Shown in pieces: positions 58,542 through 64,000 of a DNA stretch of 64,000 nt. The number at the start of each line of letters is the position of its first letter. The first letter of the stretch is position 1. Source of the DNA: an uncultured virus (IMG/VR IMGVR_UViG_3300044611_000958) (lineage: Duplodnaviria > Heunggongvirae > Uroviricota > Caudoviricetes); the IMG/VR virus record IMGVR_UViG_3300044611_000958. One strand, written 5' to 3'. The translations under genes and the position numbers were made by a program. A model generated the notes under the pieces. It was given only the letters and a program-made list of their open reading frames with translations. It did no database searches and was not told the DNA's origin.

Positions 58542-59985
58542 TTAATTTAATCTTTAAAAGGGCGTCTTTATCTACTAATCCTGTGTCACCTACCGGGTTG
58601 TTCTTCATATCGTTTCTGGTTCTAAGTTCTATTAATTTAGAATGAGAACCAACCATTTGCATATTTATATAGTCACCGTCATTTAGTCCAGCACCATGTC
58701 TAGTAACAATTGGTACAAGTTTTCTATTTCCAGCATTTGGGCCATCTTCTGCCAGTTCTTCTGTAGACTTAGATTTAAAAATAGTAAAGGAAGTACATAG
58801 CCAAATCAATCTGTCTGATCCGCTCACTGCGTCTGTGCTTTCTTTAGTAATTCCATCCCTGTTTAACTGAACAAAAGATAAACATGGTATATCCATTTTT
58901 ACGCAAAGGTTATGTAATGATGTAATTTGAAATCCAAGAGCTTGATATTCTTGAACATTGTTAGTAATGGATTCTGATGACATTAGCTTAAGATAATCGT
59001 ATATAATAAGACATTCGTTTGTCTTTCCATTGCTGCCAATTTTGACTTCCTGCATTACCCATCTTCTAATTAAGTTCAAGATATTTTCAAAAGGCTTTCC
59101 AGCAACGCTTATATAACTATATGGAATAGTAGACAGTTTCGCCATTGCGTCTTTTATCTTTTTTTGTTTTTCTTCATCTTCTGCAAATTTACCAGTTGCA
59201 ACCTCATTAATTGGCACCCCGCTAATATTAGCTAATAGTCTATTTAAGTGATCTTCTTTAGACATCTCTGTGTCTAGAACTAATACCGGAACACCAAGAG
59301 AAGAAACATTTAAAGCCACATTGTCTGCAAATACTGACTTTCCAACCTTTGGTCTTGCGGCAATCAAATCTACGCATTTGCGTCGTAAGCCGCCACCTAT
59401 CGCTTCGTCAAACTTGGAGAATCCTGTTGGGATGCCTATAATATCACATTTGTTATTTTCTAGATAATCAATGTAATCTTCTACTTTGTGTCCAATTTTT
59501 GATGGTGTTTCACCGCCGTCATCTTCTCTTAAAAAGTCCGTTACGGGATTTTCTAAAATTTGTACAATATCATTTATACTTTCTGTTCCATCTACCTTGT
59601 CTACATCTTGACTAATTTTGGCAGTTAAGTACTTAATTTTTCTAGCAAATTCAAACTTTTTAATTTGTATTGCGAAGTTGAATACATTGTCTTTATTAAT
59701 GGGAAAATCAAACAAAGACTTAATATACTTTAGTTCTTGTTTTGTGTTGATAATTTCATCAAATTTTAATGACTTTGCTGCTGATAATATTGAGGCTAAA
59801 TCAATAGACTGATCATTAGACATGATTTGTTCTATGCACTTATAGATCATCTTATTGTTTGGATTTGAAAATGTATCAGATGAGATAATATTAGATATCT
59901 GTAGATATCCATCTAAACCGTGCTGTAACAGGCCAGCCAAAACTGCTCTCTCAGATCCAACATCGCTTAATTTATCTTCTATCAT
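58507..59985 (-). CDS. dnaB: replicative DnaB-like helicase
   Basis: 'ERAVLAGL', 'IPTGF..FD...GG', Walker A 'AARPKVGKS', 'DTEM', 'IYDYLKLM', 'QLNR'; start refined to ATG 59985. Confidence 0.92.
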   Translation of the reverse strand: MIEDKLSDVGSERAVLAGLLQHGLDGYLQISNIISSDTFSNPNNKMIYKCIEQIMSNDQSIDLASILSAAKSLKFDEIINTKQELKYIKSLFDFPINKDNVFNFAIQIKKFEFARKIKYLTAKISQDVDKVDGTESINDIVQILENPVTDFLREDDGGETPSKIGHKVEDYIDYLENNKCDIIGIPTGFSKFDEAIGGGLRRKCVDLIAARPKVGKSVFADNVALNVSSLGVPVLVLDTEMSKEDHLNRLLANISGVPINEVATGKFAEDEEKQKKIKDAMAKLSTIPYSYISVAGKPFENILNLIRRWVMQEVKIGSNGKTNECLIIYDYLKLMSSESITNNVQEYQALGFQITSLHNLCVKMDIPCLSFVQLNRDGITKESTDAVSGSDRLIWLCTSFTIFKSKSTEELAEDGPNAGNRKLVPIVTRHGAGLNDGDYINMQMVGSHSKLIELRTRNDMKNNPVGDTGLVDKDALLKIKLNGIETTEDISE

Positions 59986-60377
59986 TTTTTGCTCGCGCAC
60001 CTATCACAGCGGTTGTATTCACCAAAAACAAATCTTTTGTCTGCCTCAAAATCTTTTCCACACACATGACATTGCAGTTTAACCTTTTGTGGCGGCTGTC
60101 TCCTTCTAGGAGTTGGCTTAATGTCTGGCGTGGTAACATCTTTAGACTCGCCTGTGTCTACCCACATGTTTGTTTTCGCTCTTACTGCTTCTTTCCTTCT
60201 CTTCTGTGTGCTGTTAGAAGGTGGATTCATTGTAAAATCTTCATTAATAATAGCCTTTGTTTGACTTTTAGTGCTATCTGGAACGTGAGATAGTGTTGGA
60301 CTATTACTATTAAGAGCTTCTAGTAAAGCTTTTTTTTGTTCTTCATTAAGCGTGTTTACAAAATCTTTCATGCTCAT
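59982..60377 (-). CDS. hypothetical protein with C-terminal Zn ribbon
   Basis: 'CHVCG...CDRC'. Confidence 0.55.
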   Translation of the reverse strand: MSMKDFVNTLNEEQKKALLEALNSNSPTLSHVPDSTKSQTKAIINEDFTMNPPSNSTQKRRKEAVRAKTNMWVDTGESKDVTTPDIKPTPRRRQPPQKVKLQCHVCGKDFEADKRFVFGEYNRCDRCASKK

Positions 60378-60835
60378 AGTCTCTTACCTTTCTCTAATAA
60401 AATATCCGCTTTGCGTTTTAATTCGTACACTTTGCCGTCTAGGTTTTGCATCCTAGCATGTGCTACTTGTCTATAGCTATCAATAGATTTGGCATATTCA
60501 TTATCCACTACAATTAATTGAATTTTTGCATCATGCTTAGTATATTGACTGAATTTATCGTTATTTTTTGCCACCATTTTTTCTAGCTGATCATTACATA
60601 GGTCATAAACTACTTTTTGTCTATTATATTGATCTTGCACATAAGAAGCATAACTATATAGCAAATATGCAGTATCAAAGTGTTCTTCTTTGGTTAGCTT
60701 TTTAAGATGCTCATCTGACAGGTCTGATACAGTTAAAAATTCTTCTCTAAAATTTGCAAACTTGGTATTAGTCTCATTAGTAAAATCTTCTAGTTTGGCT
60801 AGGAAATCTTCTACAGTCTCTTTAGCTGTTTTCAA
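60374..60835 (-). CDS. coiled-coil protein, possibly a UvsY-like recombination mediator
   Basis: All-helical 153 aa; near the RecA-like gene. Confidence 0.4.
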   Translation of the reverse strand: MKTAKETVEDFLAKLEDFTNETNTKFANFREEFLTVSDLSDEHLKKLTKEEHFDTAYLLYSYASYVQDQYNRQKVVYDLCNDQLEKMVAKNNDKFSQYTKHDAKIQLIVVDNEYAKSIDSYRQVAHARMQNLDGKVYELKRKADILLEKGKRL

Positions 60836-61244
60836 TTTGTTGTCTCCAATCTTCGTCTGAGTCAGAATATTTCAATATTACTATGTCAACGCCATTAAGT
60901 TTGCACCACTCTATTTTATCCTCATCCTTGGCTTTTGCCAAAAGAAAATCTGCTTTATTTTTATGGAAAAATGCATTATATTCATAATGCTGCTGACCAT
61001 GAACCTCAAAAGCTTTTTTAATCTGCGGAATATAAAAGTCTAAATAAAGTACTCCCTTTCTGTGGGTGGCTGTACTTCCCGGTAATTTTACTTCTTCTAG
61101 AATACGATAACTATTATATATATTCTTCAATAATATTCTAGCACGTAAATGATATTTAGATCTAGATCTTTTGTCATCATTTTTTATGTCATATGCGGAC
61201 AAGTTCCATACATATTCTTTCCCATTAATTCCAAACACTTTCAT
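60822..61244 (-). CDS. PD-(D/E)xK (Vsr/DUF559-like) endonuclease
   Basis: 'EEV.LP...LYLDFYIP....FEVHGQQH...D..K..WC'. Confidence 0.75.
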   Translation of the reverse strand: MKVFGINGKEYVWNLSAYDIKNDDKRSRSKYHLRARILLKNIYNSYRILEEVKLPGSTATHRKGVLYLDFYIPQIKKAFEVHGQQHYEYNAFFHKNKADFLLAKAKDEDKIEWCKLNGVDIVILKYSDSDEDWRQQIENS

Positions 61245-61245
61245 A

Positions 61246-62352
61246 TTAGTATAGTTCTTTGATTTTCTTATAAATAAATTGGGCTACCTCTGGATTGTTA
61301 GTCAAAAATTCACACACGTTGTTAGATCCTTGGAACTTAAAAAATCTTTCTATTTCGTCAGCGGTTTGACCGATAGAGTTTTTAGTAAGAATATTTGCAA
61401 CAATGGGATCTTCTGGACTATCAACGGCACACTGTATTGTATACCAAGCACCGCTTGACTTAATAAGTCTAAACTCACATGCTATTTGCATTATCTCTTG
61501 CACTTCATCTATGCCTATACCATACCTAATCCAGCTTTCTGCTGTGCTGTTTGGTCTTCCACCAGCGTTAGATGTTTTAATTGCCCAGTTTGCTATCTGT
61601 CCAACGTGTGGCCCAGTATCTTTTGGCACTTGCCACTTGCCACGGTGCGTAATAACCATATTGGTGCCAGCTTGATACTGTAACATGTTTCCACAGTCTG
61701 CCATTTTCTGCGGAGCATATGGTGAGCCGCCAGTATTAGCAATGTTATGAGTTATACAAATAAGCATTGTCTTGTTTTTCATTAGAGTTCCGCTTATTCT
61801 TTTAAAGAACATAGACAGTAATCTTGGCAGAGCGTTACGCACACCTGTTCTTACTTCTCCCTCTAGCTCGCATGAGGGAACCATATTAGATAATGAATCA
61901 GCAATAATCAAACATCCGGGATCATTATTAATATAATATTCTGTAATATTTAGAAAGTCTTCTGCTGACAATACCCTATCGTCTGTGGACTCTATGATTA
62001 GAATTGCTTCTGGATCTAAACCTTTGATTCCATCAAAGTTTTGTCTTGACAATCTTCCTTCTGTATTTACATATATAACCTTTTTTCCTTTAGCCTGACA
62101 CTTTGAAGCAAAATGAAGAGCGGTTGTTGTCTTACCACTCTTGGGATCTCCCGTCATTACTATAACAGACCCTTCTCTTAGTCCACCGCCCAGCGCAATA
62201 TCTAATGATGGAGATACGCCAATTACTTCTAGGCTATTAATCGATTCTAAAACTTCCGTTCCGCTTCTAACAACATCTCCATACTTACTAATAATAGAAC
62301 TGCTAACAGAGTCTTCTGCAAATTTTATAGATCCATTCTTTTTTTTGCTCAT
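61246..62352 (-). CDS. recA: RecA/UvsX-like recombinase
   Basis: 'SLDIALGGG', Walker A 'GDPKSGKTT', Walker B 'LIIADS', 'I.YG.GID', 'GAWY'. Confidence 0.85.
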   Translation of the reverse strand: MSKKKNGSIKFAEDSVSSSIISKYGDVVRSGTEVLESINSLEVIGVSPSLDIALGGGLREGSVIVMTGDPKSGKTTTALHFASKCQAKGKKVIYVNTEGRLSRQNFDGIKGLDPEAILIIESTDDRVLSAEDFLNITEYYINNDPGCLIIADSLSNMVPSCELEGEVRTGVRNALPRLLSMFFKRISGTLMKNKTMLICITHNIANTGGSPYAPQKMADCGNMLQYQAGTNMVITHRGKWQVPKDTGPHVGQIANWAIKTSNAGGRPNSTAESWIRYGIGIDEVQEIMQIACEFRLIKSSGAWYTIQCAVDSPEDPIVANILTKNSIGQTADEIERFFKFQGSNNVCEFLTNNPEVAQFIYKKIKELY

Positions 62353-62879
62353 AGGTTCCTCAAATGATTAATATTGACTGTATTTTTGTCAACGTATTGT
62401 AATTTTCTTATACTAATTTCTTTTTTATCTTGTTCTTCTGGAATGTTTAGTTGTTCTTGGGTAATTTTCTTGGATTCTTCTGCAATTCTATTATGATACA
62501 ACGCAACAACCTTTTCTGCAAGTGGATTAATTTTATATCCACGGCCATTTTGTATCCCAAGGACTAATAGCTTATCAAATTCTTTTGATTTAATTGCTCT
62601 AAGAACAGCTTCTTCGCTATATTTCTTTTTCAAAGTTCTAGCGGCATTAAACTGCTTCATCCATATCCAATGATTTGGATCGCCTTTAGTCCAAAATTTA
62701 TAAGCTGGTTTTCCTAAATTTAGTTTTTCAGCTCTTCTTAAAACAATATATTCTGCAACATAAGCCTCAAAAGTACAATATTCACCAGTGTGAATATGCT
62801 TATACTTATGAGTTTCTGACCATTCTTGTTGACATTTTTGACTAAATAATCCTGGCTTGCTAACTTCTTTGTTTGACAT
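62349..62879 (-). CDS. hypothetical protein
   Basis: Long ORF, coupled to recA by overlap. Confidence 0.55.
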   Translation of the reverse strand: MSNKEVSKPGLFSQKCQQEWSETHKYKHIHTGEYCTFEAYVAEYIVLRRAEKLNLGKPAYKFWTKGDPNHWIWMKQFNAARTLKKKYSEEAVLRAIKSKEFDKLLVLGIQNGRGYKINPLAEKVVALYHNRIAEESKKITQEQLNIPEEQDKKEISIRKLQYVDKNTVNINHLRNL

Positions 62880-63303
62880 TGTATATGATAGCCTCTTTAA
62901 AACAATCTTCTTCTAAGCTATAAGAGATTTGACCTTCTGATAGCTCTGGAACGCTAAAAGATTTTTTGGCTACAATGCCATCTTTTAGTGATCCTATTGC
63001 AATATTTTTCTTGTTTGCGCCGCCCATCCAACCCATAATAGAATTAACACAATAAACACCATCGCAATCGTGCGAAACGTCATAATCTACAACGTGTGAT
63101 CTAAACTGAAGAGACACTCTAGAAATATATTTGTTATTGGCTTCGCAAAATTCTTTTAACTTTAACCACATCTTATAACTTGTTAAGTATATCTTTTCGT
63201 TGCTTTCAGCGATCACGACAGATATAAAAACCTGCTTCTTGTTTTTTAGTGATTTGTAAAAATTTTGCCAACTATCTTCGCCAAAAATTAATTCATCGGT
63301 CAT
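62860..63303 (-). CDS. hypothetical protein
   Basis: ORF within the operon. Confidence 0.5.
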   Translation of the reverse strand: MTDELIFGEDSWQNFYKSLKNKKQVFISVVIAESNEKIYLTSYKMWLKLKEFCEANNKYISRVSLQFRSHVVDYDVSHDCDGVYCVNSIMGWMGGANKKNIAIGSLKDGIVAKKSFSVPELSEGQISYSLEEDCFKEAIIYNVKQRS

Positions 63304-63623
63304 TTGATTTTAGTTATCCTGTGATTTGGTAGAGTTTTCTTGCTGTACTTTTTTACTTCATCGGATATAGTTGAGGCGTTTTCAGTCATTATAACAACGC
63401 CATCTTTTCTAATAAACTGATCACCAGCCGTTAACTGATTGCTGTTATTTTCTTTTATTGTGGTTGTGCTTTTCTTATTGTCTGTATGATTTTTTTTAAT
63501 ATATAACTCTATAGACCTAACAGTTCTATCTAGCTCATTCGCCAAATCTGTCGGTGTTAACAATTGATAATGATGATCAATATAAAAAGCTTCTACTTTC
63601 CCGATTGGTCCCTTTTTAGCCAT
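63300..63623 (-). CDS. hypothetical protein with possible N-terminal HTH
   Basis: 'TPTDLANELDRTVRSIELYI' is HTH-like. Confidence 0.5.
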   Translation of the reverse strand: MAKKGPIGKVEAFYIDHHYQLLTPTDLANELDRTVRSIELYIKKNHTDNKKSTTTIKENNSNQLTAGDQFIRKDGVVIMTENASTISDEVKKYSKKTLPNHRITKIK

Positions 63624-63960
63624 TAATTAAACTCCTATTAGCTTTTGTAAAATATAAGCTATTTTTTGATGTCAAATATAGTAAGTACATATCGAAGACA
63701 TTTTGATTAACATCTCTTAACTCTAGTTCTAAGTTTTTCTCTCTATGGCTATCCATGCCAGATGGATCATACAATTCATATCTCTTGCAAAGGGCTGAAA
63801 ATTTTTGCTGAACACTTCCATCTAAAAACTTAAACTTAACGTGTTTTGCATAAACCTTTTCGGTGCTTTCTTCGCTGATCTTTTTACCTTGCTTGTTAAA
63901 CAGAGACTCTATTTTTTCTACTACAACTTCGCTACCAGATGGATGCTCAATATATTTCAT
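63616..63960 (-). CDS. hypothetical protein
   Basis: ORF with SD AGGTG, overlapping the next gene. Confidence 0.5.
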   Translation of the reverse strand: MKYIEHPSGSEVVVEKIESLFNKQGKKISEESTEKVYAKHVKFKFLDGSVQQKFSALCKRYELYDPSGMDSHREKNLELELRDVNQNVFDMYLLYLTSKNSLYFTKANRSLING

Positions 63961-64000
63961 TTTTCACCTGTCATTATGTAATGAGTTTTTTGTTGTTCTG

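Noticed and set aside
1397..62371. Many antisense or nested ORFs in the six-frame track (e.g. 10425-10766, 16486-16935, 41155-41568)
   Set aside because: They are shadows of long genes on the opposite strand or frame, with no SD and no recognisable motifs.
1..64000. Stop-codon reassignment as in some large phages
   Set aside because: Coding density is near complete with code 11, and TAG, TGA and TAA all end genes at sensible, coupled boundaries.
1..64000. tRNA, rRNA or diversity-generating retroelement
   Set aside because: Intergenic gaps are mostly under 60 nt with no cloverleaf seen. No reverse transcriptase or adenine-variable repeat pair was noticed.

Overview
A 64-kb segment of a large, AT-rich tailed dsDNA phage genome (standard genetic code, densely coding, many ATGA/TAATG gene overlaps). 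The + strand (1-39635) is a virion morphogenesis module: fibre/adhesin genes, head-tail connector and neck genes, tail terminator, tail tube, chaperone-like genes, a 2167-aa tape measure protein, a 3995-aa FG-GAP/LamG giant and several large tail-tip proteins. No sheath gene is visible, so it looks siphovirus-like. The - strand (39677-63960) is a replication/recombination module (RecA, DnaB, DnaG, dNMP kinase, Cas4/AddB-like nuclease, SSB, Rad52-like annealing protein, DnaQ, DnaE) interleaved with a glycosyltransferase cluster. The two modules converge on a hairpin terminator at 39643-39678. Main observations: (1) DnaE is split into two intein-free genes with an HNH endonuclease, a DnaQ exonuclease and a GT2 between the halves. 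(2) The HNH gene has a late-promoter-like motif inside a hairpin that covers its Shine-Dalgarno. (3) The giant virion protein has seven FG-GAP repeats and an inserted DxSxS (MIDAS-like) domain, resembling an integrin alpha chain. (4) The tape measure protein carries a putative PD-(D/E)xK cargo domain between repeated DTVPAMLTPGEFV modules. (5) CCWGG appears to be avoided. All family assignments come from motif recognition by eye; no database search was run.
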